A DNA stretch of 64,000 nucleotides from an uncultured Victivallales bacterium (GCA_964387425.1 CAYLXP010000004.1:4246-68245), one strand, 5' to 3'; positions 1-9,550 are shown, counted from the first letter of the stretch. Notes: generated from the letters alone by a model not told the origin. Translations and numbers: made by a program.

Positions 1-2183
1 GCCACGAGTACTTGGATGGCATTCCCCAGTCGGTAGCCACGTTTGTCGTTCTGTTTTAGAGTGTTGTTGGACAGGCCATCAACACCCATCTCCACTTCGA
101 GGCAGCCTGCTTCGCGCAGTAAGCCAATGAACGCTTCGTCCGGTTTGCCCTTCCTCAGGAATGAGCTAACGCTGGTTTGCCCGCCGCCGAACCGCATGTA
201 GCGATTCAGACCCGAGTCAATGACCCAGCGGCAGAAGACCTCAATGTACTCACGATTGCACAGCGTGTTGTCGTCCTCGAGCAGGATCTCGAGCTTGTGG
301 TCAAGACCATGCTCGTACAGGTCTTCGTCCTTCTCCAACAGCACGGCCAACCATCGTCGCCTGATCGCCACGATGACCTCGTTTACCTGGCTCCTCGTGA
401 CCACGTTGGAACGCTGGCAGACCAAGGAGCCTAGCAGTCCTTCCATTGCTTCGCCGTCAAAGAGTCGTGCGTCTGCCGCCAGCAGTCCCCGGGATGACAG
501 ATCCACCGTCAGACTTCTGTTCAGCAGGTTGGCTACGTCTGCCAGTCGGCTTTTAGGGAACTCGTACGCGTCCGCCGGGAACCAGTAGTCCCTCGCCGCT
601 TCGGAGGTTGCGGCATCCTCCCGCAGCGCCGCCGCGATAGCGTCTTCCGTAGCCGGCGGCAGGGGGATCTCCATCGCCAGCATGCCCAGCACGTACTGCT
701 GGAACTTCTCAAAGGCCACGTATCTCTGCTTCCATCCCATGGCCATGCTGCAGAAGTTGCATCGGAACGGACACCCCCTGGCGATGTCGGGATTGATGAT
801 GGTTCTGGATGTTATGGGATTGCCGCCGCCATAGAGGCTGAATGACCCATAGTGGAACATGACCGGGACGTCGAAATCGTGTGGGGCGTTGACCCTGTCC
901 AGGTTGTTGAACATCATGAATCCCGGTGTGTGCAGGAACAGCCCGTCAACATTCTTCAGGGCCGCGATCTGCTCGCGGCTGAGCCCGTCAGTGGTTCGGG
1001 TGCGCCCGATGATACGGAGGACTTCGGGCAGGACCTCTTCTCCCTCGCCCCTGAGCAGGATATTGACTTCCGGGTAGAGCGCGATTGCGGCCTTAGGGTG
1101 CTTGGCAGACGGTCCACCCATGATGATGAAGGATCCCGGGAAGTGCTCGTCAATGGCTGCGCGCAGGGACTTGAGCTGGTCGCCGACCCCGGCCAGTCCC
1201 AGCGGCTGTGTCGCCAGCGAAACGCAGAAAACGGCGGGATCATCCAGGGCGACCTGCTCGCCCGGTTTGACGACCTGCGTGGGGTAGCCCCTCATCTCCA
1301 GGGCGTGGGCGACGAGATAAGGGCCTGAGGTTCCGGAGAAATCGAGCATGACAACCCCCGGGAGCGTTTCTGTCTCCAGGTCCTTACCTACACTCCGCGG
1401 TGACAGTGACCTGCGCTCTTCCGTGGTCGGAGTGACCGGTGCCATGGTGGGGAACGCGTCGCGCAGGAGATCTCTCAGTTCACGGCGGGAGAGCGTCAGG
1501 AGGCGGCTCGCTGCGTATAGTCTCAGATGTCCGTCTTCAAGAATCTCCGCAGCAATGCTGTCGGCAAACGCTGAGTCTGAGGGCCGGCAGAGTGTGGAAC
1601 CCTCGTCGAGGTACCTGTCTGCCTCCAGGACGTCATCTATGATCACGAGCTGGTCATCCTCACCCGTCAAGCGATCTGCGATGTGACCGTAGTCCTGCGG
1701 TATGCTCGCGGTGAAACGGATATCGCACAAGGCGTCGAGGAGTCTTGTCACCGATGCTGCTGCCGTGTCCGTTGGTTCTTCCGCAGTAAAGATGACCTTC
1801 CACCGGCCTGGCGTGCCTACGGTATCGATGAGATAGCTGCCGTTACCGTCAGGCACGGCTGCGGTCTGGATTTGCCCCTCGAGAAAACGACCATCCTCGA
1901 TAGCAGCCAGTGTGGCCTGTCTCCGTTTAGTTTCGATGAGCAGTGTTTCCGGTGAATCGGATAGAGGCGGTCCTTTAAGGGAGGCCTTGATGCCTTCTGC
2001 CAAGCGGGCATCGGGCAGGATGCTGCGTTGTATCGCCCTTGTAGGGTCCTCAACGATCTCTGCAATGAAACGGTCGATCAGGTCCTCGAAAGACGCGGCA
2101 TCTTCAGGGCCGTACTTGCTCCGCAAGGTCTCCCTAGCGTGAGCCAGGGCTGCCTCGAGTCCGAGATCGTACGGTTTGTTCAT
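1..2183 (-). CDS. B12-binding-domain radical SAM protein (3' end runs off window start; N-terminal ~727 aa present)
   Basis: Manual reverse-complement translation from ATG at 2181-2183 (MNKPYDLGLEAALAHARETLRSKYGPED...) gives an uninterrupted frame to position 1. It is absent from the ORF track only because no in-window stop exists. It contains the radical SAM CxxxCxxC motif (INPDIARGCPFRCNFCSMAMGWKQRYVAFE, around 750-800). Upstream is a Rossmann-like stretch (VVMLDFSGTSGPYLVAHALEMRGYPTQVV) typical of the B12-binding domain. Confidence 0.7.
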   Translation of the reverse strand, partial: MNKPYDLGLEAALAHARETLRSKYGPEDAASFEDLIDRFIAEIVEDPTRAIQRSILPDARLAEGIKASLKGPPLSDSPETLLIETKRRQATLAAIEDGRFLEGQIQTAAVPDGNGSYLIDTVGTPGRWKVIFTAEEPTDTAAASVTRLLDALCDIRFTASIPQDYGHIADRLTGEDDQLVIIDDVLEADRYLDEGSTLCRPSDSAFADSIAAEILEDGHLRLYAASRLLTLSRRELRDLLRDAFPTMAPVTPTTEERRSLSPRSVGKDLETETLPGVVMLDFSGTSGPYLVAHALEMRGYPTQVVKPGEQVALDDPAVFCVSLATQPLGLAGVGDQLKSLRAAIDEHFPGSFIIMGGPSAKHPKAAIALYPEVNILLRGEGEEVLPEVLRIIGRTRTTDGLSREQIAALKNVDGLFLHTPGFMMFNNLDRVNAPHDFDVPVMFHYGSFSLYGGGNPITSRTIINPDIARGCPFRCNFCSMAMGWKQRYVAFEKFQQYVLGMLAMEIPLPPATEDAIAAALREDAATSEAARDYWFPADAYEFPKSRLADVANLLNRSLTVDLSSRGLLAADARLFDGEAMEGLLGSLVCQRSNVVTRSQVNEVIVAIRRRWLAVLLEKDEDLYEHGLDHKLEILLEDDNTLCNREYIEVFCRWVIDSGLNRYMRFGGGQTSVSSFLRKGKPDEAFIGLLREAGCLEVEMGVDGLSNNTLKQNDKRGYRLGNAIQVLV

Positions 2184-2484
2184 CTTTCGGTTCACACTCA
2201 ATCCTGATCGTCGACAGTACCTAGATCATCAGCGACATCAATTGGCGGTCACCCCGTGGGTGAATCCCGGTCGGGCCGGAGGCCCAACCCTACCAGCACC
2301 AATTGGTAGGGCTGAGCCTCTGGCTCGGCCGTCAGCGCGTAGCCTGCATTGGCACGCTCTGCGGAGATTTGGCGATTCCGCCTAGATCCCCCTTTTTCGT
2401 TGCCTACAATCTGTTAGCATAGAAAGCACGTGTATGTCGACAGGCGGTGCCGCCGCCGATGATTGCTGTGAGATAGGAGATGCT

Positions 2485-3921
2485 ATGAAGATCAAGCGAA
2501 TTGCCGCAGTGCTGTGTGTTGTCTCAATTCTGGTAGTGGGCTGTGTCTCGCCTCCGCAGAGCGGCACAAAGAAGCTCCCCGACGCGGTGCGGGCAGAGCA
2601 GGTGAAGGATTTGAAGTTCGGCATGTTCATCTGCTGGTCGTTCAGCACCTTCTCCGGGCAGGAGTGGACACGCGGTGTGGACGATGTCGCCTTCTTCAAG
2701 GCCACGGGTTGTGACACAGACCAGTGGTGCCGGACGGCCAAGGAAGCGGGGATGAACTACATTCTCTTTCTGACCAAGCACCATGATGGCTTCTGCCTGT
2801 GGGACACCGATACGACTGACTTCAAGGTGACCAACTCGCCACTGGGGATTGACGTGCTGGCGAAGCTCCGCAAATCCTGCGACAAGTACGGCATTAAGCT
2901 TGCGCTCTACTTCTCGGAAGCCGACTGGTCCTGGATCAAGGAAGAGACCCCCGTTGCGGGAACCACACGGTCCCACAAGGAGTGGCGGAATCCAATCTGG
3001 CGAACGGGGCAGGATACGGAGCTCAAGAAGGCCCAGCTAGAGGAACTCTGCACCCGTTATGGTCCGATCGAGTTCTTCTGGATGGATCATGCCCAGAGCG
3101 ATGGGGGGCTTGATCACGCGCAGACGGCGGAGTGGGTTCGCCGCTTCCAGCCGAATTGCTTTGTCGGTTTCAATCACGGCGATCCAGCCGGACGGCTGTG
3201 CATCCGCGAACGCGGTCGCCCCGGCAAGATCGGTGATGCATCCACCACGAAGTACAACAAGGATGCCGAGAAGGGCTACAAGGGTTACCTGGTGGCTGAA
3301 TTCACCTATCCCATCCTGCCGCCGCACAAAGGCGGCGCGCAATGGTTCTACTCGCTGCCGGAGCATGACGCCCTTTGCCACCCGGCCGAGAAGCTCTACG
3401 CTGACTATGTCGGGGCCGTGGAGTACGGCAACATCTTCTCTCTCGATGTGGGGCCGAACTACGAAGGCAAGCTTCGCGACATCGATGTCGAAACGCTGCG
3501 CAAGGTCGGCGAGATGATCCGCAACCCGCCACCTCCGCCTCCACCACCGCTGCCCGTTGCGGGCGTGACGGCATCCAGTGTCTGGAACGAGGAGTATGCC
3601 CCGTCCATGGCGACAGACGGCGATCTGTTAACTCGCTGGGGAGCGAAGCCCAAGTCCAGGTCCGGGTGGCTGGAGTTGGACTTGGGGGAGGCTCGGACTG
3701 TGTCGGAAATCCGCATTTCGGAATGTGGGTTCCCAAGAACGCAGGAATTCAAGGTTGAGTTCAAACGGGGCGGGAAATGGGAAGTGCTCCTAGAGGGGAC
3801 CACCATTGGCGGCGATCGTCGCTACTCCGTTGACCCCGCTAAGGCCCGCAGAGTGCGGTTAAGCATTCTGAAGGCCTCCGAGGTCCCGAGCTTCGAGGAA
3901 TTCCAGGTTTTCGGCGACTGA
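2485..3921 (+). CDS. alpha-L-fucosidase (GH29) with C-terminal F5/8 type C (discoidin) domain; lipoprotein-type signal peptide
   Basis: HHDGFCLWDTDTTDFKVTNSP and the surrounding text match the GH29 catalytic core. The N-terminus MKIKRIAAVLCVVSILVVGC is a lipobox signal peptide. ATG 2485 follows AGGAGA; the track's upstream start at 2434 adds a non-signal extension. A PPPPPPPPLP linker (about 3526-3555) precedes a discoidin-like domain (SVWNEEYAPSMATDGDLLTRWGAKP...). Confidence 0.85.
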   Translation: MKIKRIAAVLCVVSILVVGCVSPPQSGTKKLPDAVRAEQVKDLKFGMFICWSFSTFSGQEWTRGVDDVAFFKATGCDTDQWCRTAKEAGMNYILFLTKHHDGFCLWDTDTTDFKVTNSPLGIDVLAKLRKSCDKYGIKLALYFSEADWSWIKEETPVAGTTRSHKEWRNPIWRTGQDTELKKAQLEELCTRYGPIEFFWMDHAQSDGGLDHAQTAEWVRRFQPNCFVGFNHGDPAGRLCIRERGRPGKIGDASTTKYNKDAEKGYKGYLVAEFTYPILPPHKGGAQWFYSLPEHDALCHPAEKLYADYVGAVEYGNIFSLDVGPNYEGKLRDIDVETLRKVGEMIRNPPPPPPPPLPVAGVTASSVWNEEYAPSMATDGDLLTRWGAKPKSRSGWLELDLGEARTVSEIRISECGFPRTQEFKVEFKRGGKWEVLLEGTTIGGDRRYSVDPAKARRVRLSILKASEVPSFEEFQVFGD

Positions 3922-4001
3922 GTTCATGCTATGGCCGTGTCGAGTCTTACCGAGAGTGAAGGCTTGAATGTGGACCCGTTCCATTGGATAATGCCAGCAT
4001 C

Positions 4002-4214
4002 ATGAAGATCATCGTGAAAGAAGATGGAGAAGGATTTCTGGCCCGGGTTCGCGGCTCGGATAACCTTTTTGCCTATGGTCTGACTCGCGAGGAGGCTCTC
4101 GACGAGCTATCCGGCGTCATCGAGATGACAATGGACTATCATCTCGAGCAGATCGATATCGAGCGTCGAGCCCGGCAGGAGTTACTGACGAATCGGGCCG
4201 CATATGCCGTATAA
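4002..4214 (+). CDS. hicB: HicB-family antitoxin (UPF0150-like)
   Basis: MKIIVKEDGEGFLARVRGSDNLFAYGLTREEALDEL is HicB-like. The track start at 3984 is a TTG; the in-frame ATG at 4002 is more plausible. It overlaps the downstream hicA by 11 nt. Confidence 0.6.
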   Translation: MKIIVKEDGEGFLARVRGSDNLFAYGLTREEALDELSGVIEMTMDYHLEQIDIERRARQELLTNRAAYAV

Positions 4215-4413
4215 GTATAGGGATATCGAGAGACGGCTTCTCAAGCTCGGCTACAAGATCGTCCGCCAGAAGGGCTCCCACGTCCTGTTTTCCAACGGTG
4301 CGACCACGTTTCCCGTCCCGCGTCACGGAGGCCGGGATATCTCCCCCGGTGTCGAACGGCAGATTCTGAAGCTTCTACGCATCAGCAAAGACGCATTCAG
4401 AGAACTGGGATGA
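4204..4413 (+). CDS. hicA: HicA-family toxin (YcfA-like mRNA interferase)
   Basis: A 69-aa protein with KGSHVLF, a HicA-type motif, and the basic small-protein character typical of HicA. Confidence 0.65.
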   Translation: MPYKYRDIERRLLKLGYKIVRQKGSHVLFSNGATTFPVPRHGGRDISPGVERQILKLLRISKDAFRELG

Positions 4414-4429
4414 TCAGGTTGCGTATAGT

Positions 4430-5068
4430 ATGAAGCGATTGGAAATACCGAGGGTTGCGGATGTCGAGCTGTCGCTCGAGCATGCCGGCTGTCGCCTGGC
4501 TAACGAGCCACAGCACGCTGTCGACACGCTGAACTGGGCTGAGTTTCCGTACCGCCCACGCGTTTCGTTTGCCATCGCGTACGGCGGCGGCGACCTCTAC
4601 GTGCGCTTTGCTGTTGAGGAGGATGCCGTTTTGGCTGAGAAGACCGAAGCCAACGCTGCGGTTTCCCAGGATAGTTGTGTTGAGGTGTTTATTGCCCCGC
4701 ACTCGGACCTCTACTTCAGTTTCGAGTTCAATTGCATTGGAACGGTACTTGTCACGCGTGGCCACGGGCGGGAGGATCTCGAGTGTTTGGATCCAGAGGT
4801 CTTCAGGGGCATTCGCCGCGAGTCGTCCCTGGGGGCAGAGCCCTTCTCCGAGAGGCTGGGGGATACCTCCTGGCAGCTCACCGTCGCGATCCCGCTCGCG
4901 ATTCTCGGGCTCAATGAAGTCGACCTGCCGGGCTACTCATGTCGTGCCAACTTCTACAAGTGTGGCGACAACCTTTCGAAACCTCACTACGTGAGCTGGA
5001 GCCCCATCAACGCTCCAACCCCAGATTTCCACCGTCCGGAGTGCTTTGGCGCTGTTCGGTTCGTCTGA
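4430..5068 (+). CDS. hypothetical protein, possibly CBM9-like/DOMON-like carbohydrate-binding domain
   Basis: A 212-aa ORF with coding-like composition. Features such as FHRPECFG and the alternating beta pattern resemble CBM9_2-type proteins, but this is recalled from memory only. Confidence 0.35.
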   Translation: MKRLEIPRVADVELSLEHAGCRLANEPQHAVDTLNWAEFPYRPRVSFAIAYGGGDLYVRFAVEEDAVLAEKTEANAAVSQDSCVEVFIAPHSDLYFSFEFNCIGTVLVTRGHGREDLECLDPEVFRGIRRESSLGAEPFSERLGDTSWQLTVAIPLAILGLNEVDLPGYSCRANFYKCGDNLSKPHYVSWSPINAPTPDFHRPECFGAVRFV

Positions 5069-5108
5069 GGGTTGTCGCGTCGTCTCAAGGTGCGGACAAC
5101 CGGGTGGA

Positions 5109-6458
5109 TCAGTCGAACATGAGGCGGTAGCTCACTTGCGCAATTGTCTCTTCGATGTTGGCATCCTGTCCGTATCGCGCGCGCTCGGGGCGGGTGGAGT
5201 CGACCGCGAGGTACTCGAAGATGAGGCGGTGATGCTTCGAGATGGTGAACGTATAGGCCGCCATCCATGAGGTGCCATCTTCCGTGCTGTCGTCGTTGTT
5301 CGGAGGTAGGTTGACGGTTTGCCGAAGCGCCATGTCGCGGTCTTTGGCATCGAACCAGTCATGGCGCACGGAGACACGGTGTCTGCCCCAGGGCTTCGTG
5401 AGAAGCACGTATGCTGACCAGTAGTCGACGTCCACGGCGGCCGGACCTCCCATTCGGGTGTCGCCCTGCAGGTACTGCATCATCAAGGACGCATCGGCCG
5501 GCAGGAATAGTTCGGTCCCTACGCTGACGAACCGGGTCCGCCAGGCATACTGCGACCCGTCAAAAGCGGCCGGATCCCCCATGTTGTTGTAGTAAAGGAC
5601 GTTTGCCCGACCATAGTAGTCGAGCTCGGTAAAGCACCCCGTATAGAATCCCATGCGGTCGTCAATCTCCGTGAAGGGCTCGATCCACTGAACCTGCATC
5701 GGGAAGAGCCCGTCATCCTCGAACGCCTCGCGAGGGGGGAGGGCGAGCCGCTCGAATAGCCCGGTCTTGCGATCATGGAGCGACCAGCCGCGCCAGGCCA
5801 ACAGCGTTCCCGTCGGATCGTTGGCTGTGAAGATGGCGGCCAGGATTCCCTGGGTACTCTCGTCGCCCTTTCGCTGCAGGGTGGCTTCGCCACCGATGGT
5901 TCTTACCTCTTCGCCAATCCAGGAGTTGATTGCCGACGGCGTGATGGAGAACGGGCTGGTCCACGCGACCCCGTCGTTTTCGAGTGACACGGGCGGGAAG
6001 AAGGCCCCGAGGCGGCCCTTTAGCTGGAGGGAGGCGCGGGGGGCAGACTTGTACTTGAGGAATCCCTCGACAATGTCGACCCTCACGTCATCCGTATCGA
6101 AATCGAGCTTTGCGTGCAGGTCACCGGACCAGGACCAGCCGAACGGCACATCCAGAACAAGCGAGAGCTCGGCGAGGCGCGCCAGCGTATCGCTATCCGA
6201 TCCGGCCGTTCCGTCCCCGTATCGGAGTTTCCCGAGTCCCTCGTCCAGCCAGGTCTCGGTTGCGTCCACATGGAGCAAGCGTGCATCCATCAGCACGTGA
6301 TAGCCAATGTCGTCCACTACGCCATATACGCCGTGCCCGAGCAACAGCAGCAAGATCGCCACAATTCGGCCGGTTACACACGCCCTTTGCCGGCTCACAC
6401 CCACCAGATCTCTACTCACCCTGTTTCTCCTGTGCGCTTGTTTCTGGAGTGCCAGCAA
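5109..6458 (-). CDS. putative outer-membrane beta-barrel (porin-like) protein; start probably downstream of track start
   Basis: There is an alternating hydrophobic beta-strand pattern with aromatic-rich C-terminal strands (…IAQVSYRLMFD) and a signal-like N-terminus (…RQRACVTGRIVAILLLLLGHGVYG). The track start at 6458 overlaps the upstream EAL gene by 47 nt; a GTG near 6396 would remove the overlap. Confidence 0.4.
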   Translation of the reverse strand: MLALQKQAHRRNRVSRDLVGVSRQRACVTGRIVAILLLLLGHGVYGVVDDIGYHVLMDARLLHVDATETWLDEGLGKLRYGDGTAGSDSDTLARLAELSLVLDVPFGWSWSGDLHAKLDFDTDDVRVDIVEGFLKYKSAPRASLQLKGRLGAFFPPVSLENDGVAWTSPFSITPSAINSWIGEEVRTIGGEATLQRKGDESTQGILAAIFTANDPTGTLLAWRGWSLHDRKTGLFERLALPPREAFEDDGLFPMQVQWIEPFTEIDDRMGFYTGCFTELDYYGRANVLYYNNMGDPAAFDGSQYAWRTRFVSVGTELFLPADASLMMQYLQGDTRMGGPAAVDVDYWSAYVLLTKPWGRHRVSVRHDWFDAKDRDMALRQTVNLPPNNDDSTEDGTSWMAAYTFTISKHHRLIFEYLAVDSTRPERARYGQDANIEETIAQVSYRLMFD

Positions 6459-8829
6459 TACCCCAGGGGGAGTCCCGTAGCCAGCCCTCGAATTCGCTCA
6501 CGGGTAAGGGACGGCTGAAGAAATAGCCTTGTGCGAGGTCGCACCCGAACTCCGACAGCAATCTCAGGGCATGCTCGTCTTCGACCCCTTCCGCAATGAC
6601 CCTGAACCCCAGGTTATGCCCCATTTCAATCGTAGAGCGCACGATTACGGCATCTTCACGGCTCTGCGACAGCTCCATCACGAAGGACTTGTCGATCTTG
6701 ATCTCATGGACCGGCAGCTTTTTGAGATACGCCACCGATGAGTAGCCCGTGCCGAAATCATCGATGGAGAGTATGATCCCCATTGCATTGAGCTGCCTGA
6801 GCATGTCCATTGCTTTCTGCATGTCCTGCATGACGGCGCTCTCCGTAATCTCGAGAATCAGCCAATCCGGCTGCATATCGTGTTGGCTCAGCAATTGCCC
6901 TATGCGGTCGGTCAGCTTTGCGTCAAGAAGGTCCTTTGCCGAGAGGTTGACTGCAACCTTGATGGGATAGCCGTTCTTGTGCCACGTGCTGCACTGCTGC
7001 ATGGCCGTTGCCAGACTGAAGCTCGTGATGCGATCAATGTTGCCGGTCTGCTCCGCAAGCGGAATGAACGTATCGGGGAACACGAAGCCGCTGTCGGGTT
7101 GCTCCCAACGGATCAAGGCTTCTGCGTGTGTGATGCGTCTCGTCTTCAGGCAGATCTTGGGTTGGTAGAAGAGCTGGAACTCGCCGTCCTCAAGGCCCCG
7201 GCGCATCTTCCCCATGAGAGAGAGTCGCTCGGTGCTGTGGGAATCGGTATCCGGAGCGTACACGGCATACCGGACGGGGGACTGCCTGGCATGGTAGAGG
7301 GCCACGTCCGCATGCTGCATGAGCAGTTTCACGGTTTCCCCGTGCAGGGGGTAACATGCCACACCGACATGGGCGTTCACGTCCGCGGCGACATCATCAA
7401 TCCGAAATGGTGCGTCGAAGCATTTCAGGACGTCCCGGGACACGGTCTCGGCATGGTCCGCGTTCATGCCCGGTACGAGTAACATGAACATGTCCGTCGC
7501 AATGCGCGTCACGGGTTCGACCCGCGTGATGCCCTCCGACAACCGTGTGGCAATTTGCTGGACAATCTTGTCGCCGAGTCTATGTCCCAGTGTGCCGTTG
7601 ATCTCGTCGATGCGGTCGAGACCGATAAGCACCACCCCGAGTGGTGTGTTCGGGTTGGTGTCCTTCTGAATGGTCTCTTGTAGAATCTCCTCGAAGCTGA
7701 GCCGGTTTGGCAGACCGGTTAGAGCGTCGTGGTGGGTTTGGTGGTATATCTTCTGCTCCCGCTGCCGGATGCCCGCCATCATGTGGTTGAAACCGTCCGC
7801 CAGGTGCCCCAGTTCGTCGGCCTGCCTGACGGTCACTGGCGTCTCGTAATCCCCGGAGCGGATGCGTCCGGCAGCCTGCGAGAGCGATAGAACAGGTTGC
7901 GTAACACCTCGGGCGATCCACACGCCTGCGGCCAGGACTACTGCCAGGCAGAGCGATGAGAACAGAAGTAGCCACTTCAGCATTGCGCGATACGGGGCCA
8001 TCGCGCGGTCGAGTGAGCACTGCAGAATAGCAAATGCGTCCAGGCTGTTCTCCGGTGTTGGAAGCGGCCGGAAGAGCGCGATACAGCGTTCAGTCCCCAG
8101 CTCCATTCTCGTTGGACGTGCCGGTGCGAAGTTTGGCCAGTCGGCGAGCGCAATATCGGTGCGTCCCGCCGCACCAAGCGTAGAACCCGCGAGGTGGATT
8201 GCCCCGTTTTCGTCGATGGAGCCGAAGCTGATGTCCAGGTCGAATGACGACTGCTGCTTCATGAGCAGGGCCAGCCGATCGTCCACGGCGAACCCTATGC
8301 CGATGCCGGCAATCGGCAACGGAGCCAGAACGGGGGCCATGGCGAACTCGTAGATGACGTTATTCAACACCAACGTGGAGGCTGCCGAGTCGCCCTGGTC
8401 GACAACGTCAACCATGTTTGCGAAAGGAAACTCGTCGGTATGACCTTCCGGTCGTCCGATGTCGGCGACAATCTCGCTCTCGAGGGATACCACCATGGCG
8501 CGATCCGCGTTCATGCGCTCGATCAGGCTGACGAGGGCTGAGCGAATCGTCGCACGGTCGTCGGTCGCGACTGCGGTTCGGAACCCGTGGTCTGCAGAGA
8601 GCACACTGGTCTCTCTCTTCATGCTGGCAGACCTGCTCTCCAACTGGAGCGTGAACGTCTCGCTGGTGTGCAGGAGTTGACGCTCTATCTCGGCAGCCAT
8701 GTTGCGCGTAATGGTCCTGTGAACCAGCGTGGACGTGACAACCTGGAGAATCGTGACGAGGCCGATGAAGAACACGATCAACTTGAAGCGGAACGTCCGG
8801 TAAACAGGAATGGTGATGCTGGAAGCCAT
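6412..8829 (-). CDS. membrane sensor c-di-GMP phosphodiesterase: periplasmic sensor-HAMP-degenerate GGDEF-EAL
   Basis: An N-terminal TM helix, a roughly 270-aa periplasmic region, a second TM helix (LLLFSSLCLAVVLAAGVWIA) and a HAMP-like segment are followed by a GGDEF-like domain. Its signature is replaced (…RIATDMFMLLVP instead of GGDEF/GGEEF). The EAL domain is intact, with EALIRW, DDFGTGYSS and KIDKSFV. Confidence 0.85.
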   Translation of the reverse strand: MASSITIPVYRTFRFKLIVFFIGLVTILQVVTSTLVHRTITRNMAAEIERQLLHTSETFTLQLESRSASMKRETSVLSADHGFRTAVATDDRATIRSALVSLIERMNADRAMVVSLESEIVADIGRPEGHTDEFPFANMVDVVDQGDSAASTLVLNNVIYEFAMAPVLAPLPIAGIGIGFAVDDRLALLMKQQSSFDLDISFGSIDENGAIHLAGSTLGAAGRTDIALADWPNFAPARPTRMELGTERCIALFRPLPTPENSLDAFAILQCSLDRAMAPYRAMLKWLLLFSSLCLAVVLAAGVWIARGVTQPVLSLSQAAGRIRSGDYETPVTVRQADELGHLADGFNHMMAGIRQREQKIYHQTHHDALTGLPNRLSFEEILQETIQKDTNPNTPLGVVLIGLDRIDEINGTLGHRLGDKIVQQIATRLSEGITRVEPVTRIATDMFMLLVPGMNADHAETVSRDVLKCFDAPFRIDDVAADVNAHVGVACYPLHGETVKLLMQHADVALYHARQSPVRYAVYAPDTDSHSTERLSLMGKMRRGLEDGEFQLFYQPKICLKTRRITHAEALIRWEQPDSGFVFPDTFIPLAEQTGNIDRITSFSLATAMQQCSTWHKNGYPIKVAVNLSAKDLLDAKLTDRIGQLLSQHDMQPDWLILEITESAVMQDMQKAMDMLRQLNAMGIILSIDDFGTGYSSVAYLKKLPVHEIKIDKSFVMELSQSREDAVIVRSTIEMGHNLGFRVIAEGVEDEHALRLLSEFGCDLAQGYFFSRPLPVSEFEGWLRDSPWGIAGTPETSAQEKQGE

Positions 8830-8845
8830 CTTCTCCCGGCCCTTT

Positions 8846-9550
8846 CTAGTAGGCTTTGCGCCTCTTCTTGCGGGGCGGTTTCAGCGACAGTTCAACGGTT
8901 GTGCTTGAAGGAGTGTTCTCTCCGATCTGGACGGTCTGCTCGAGATCGTCCGCCTTACCCTTTAGACGTGGGTGCCAGACCGTCATTCGGTAATCACCTG
9001 CAGGTACGCCGGATACGGCCACGCGCCCGTTGCCATCCGACACACCGAAGTAGGGCGTTGACGCCACGTAGATGTAGCCAAGCATCCAGTCATGTATGTT
9101 GCATCCCAGTACGACGAGCCCCGGTTTATCGAAGGTCACCGACTTGTCTTCATTGCGCGAGTAGAGTTTCAGCTCCAGGCGTTTGGCCGGCGAGAAGGAG
9201 TAGACGTGGTGCCGGACATCGTCGTTGTTGGGAAACATCACGGTTGTTCCCACCTGCACCGCCAGCACGCGCGGGACGAACTCAAGGCCGATCTGGTTCA
9301 TGACCGCGTGGGGTGGGGGCGTTGTGGAGTCTGGGGCAGCCCTATCTGTGGGTATCAGGACAACAACAGCATTTGAAACACCCGCCCCTGAGGATGCAAC
9401 TGTAGCATTCAGCGTGCCCGCTCGAGCAGACGCCACCGGCAGAAGAGCGCAGAATATGCTTGCGAGAAAGAGTGCGCCGGTCACTGGCTTGAGAAGCGGG
9501 CAAATCCGCATGTATATCGCGTCGGCTTCAGGCATGGGCCGTCCTTTCAT
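8846..9550 (-). CDS. secreted cupredoxin_1-like domain protein (start probably ATG at 9511)
   Basis: MNQIGLEFVPRVLAVQVGTTVMFPNNDDVRHHVYSFS fits the cupredoxin_1 pattern (F.P..L.V.VG.TV.F.N.D...H.V.S). A signal peptide, MRICPLLKPVTGALFLASIFCALLPVASARA, begins at the internal ATG 9511. The C-terminal half is Ig/carboxypeptidase-regulatory-like, with a KKRRK tail. Confidence 0.45.
   Translation of the reverse strand: MKGRPMPEADAIYMRICPLLKPVTGALFLASIFCALLPVASARAGTLNATVASSGAGVSNAVVVLIPTDRAAPDSTTPPPHAVMNQIGLEFVPRVLAVQVGTTVMFPNNDDVRHHVYSFSPAKRLELKLYSRNEDKSVTFDKPGLVVLGCNIHDWMLGYIYVASTPYFGVSDGNGRVAVSGVPAGDYRMTVWHPRLKGKADDLEQTVQIGENTPSSTTVELSLKPPRKKRRKAY

Noticed and set aside
1-2183. The radical SAM gene as anSME (anaerobic sulfatase-maturating enzyme)
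   Set aside because: anSME is about 370-400 aa, with the CxxxCxxC motif near the N-terminus, SPASM auxiliary clusters and no B12 domain. Here the motif lies more than 450 aa in, after a B12-like domain.
3526-3555. The Pro8 tract (PPPPPPPPLP) in the first fucosidase as a possible slippage or low-complexity artefact
   Set aside because: It sits exactly between the GH29 domain and the discoidin domain, as expected for an interdomain linker. No frame disruption is seen.
5109-6458. A 47-nt overlap between the porin-like ORF and the EAL gene as a real overlapping-gene arrangement
   Set aside because: It is more simply explained by a mis-called start. An in-frame GTG near 6396 precedes the signal-like segment.
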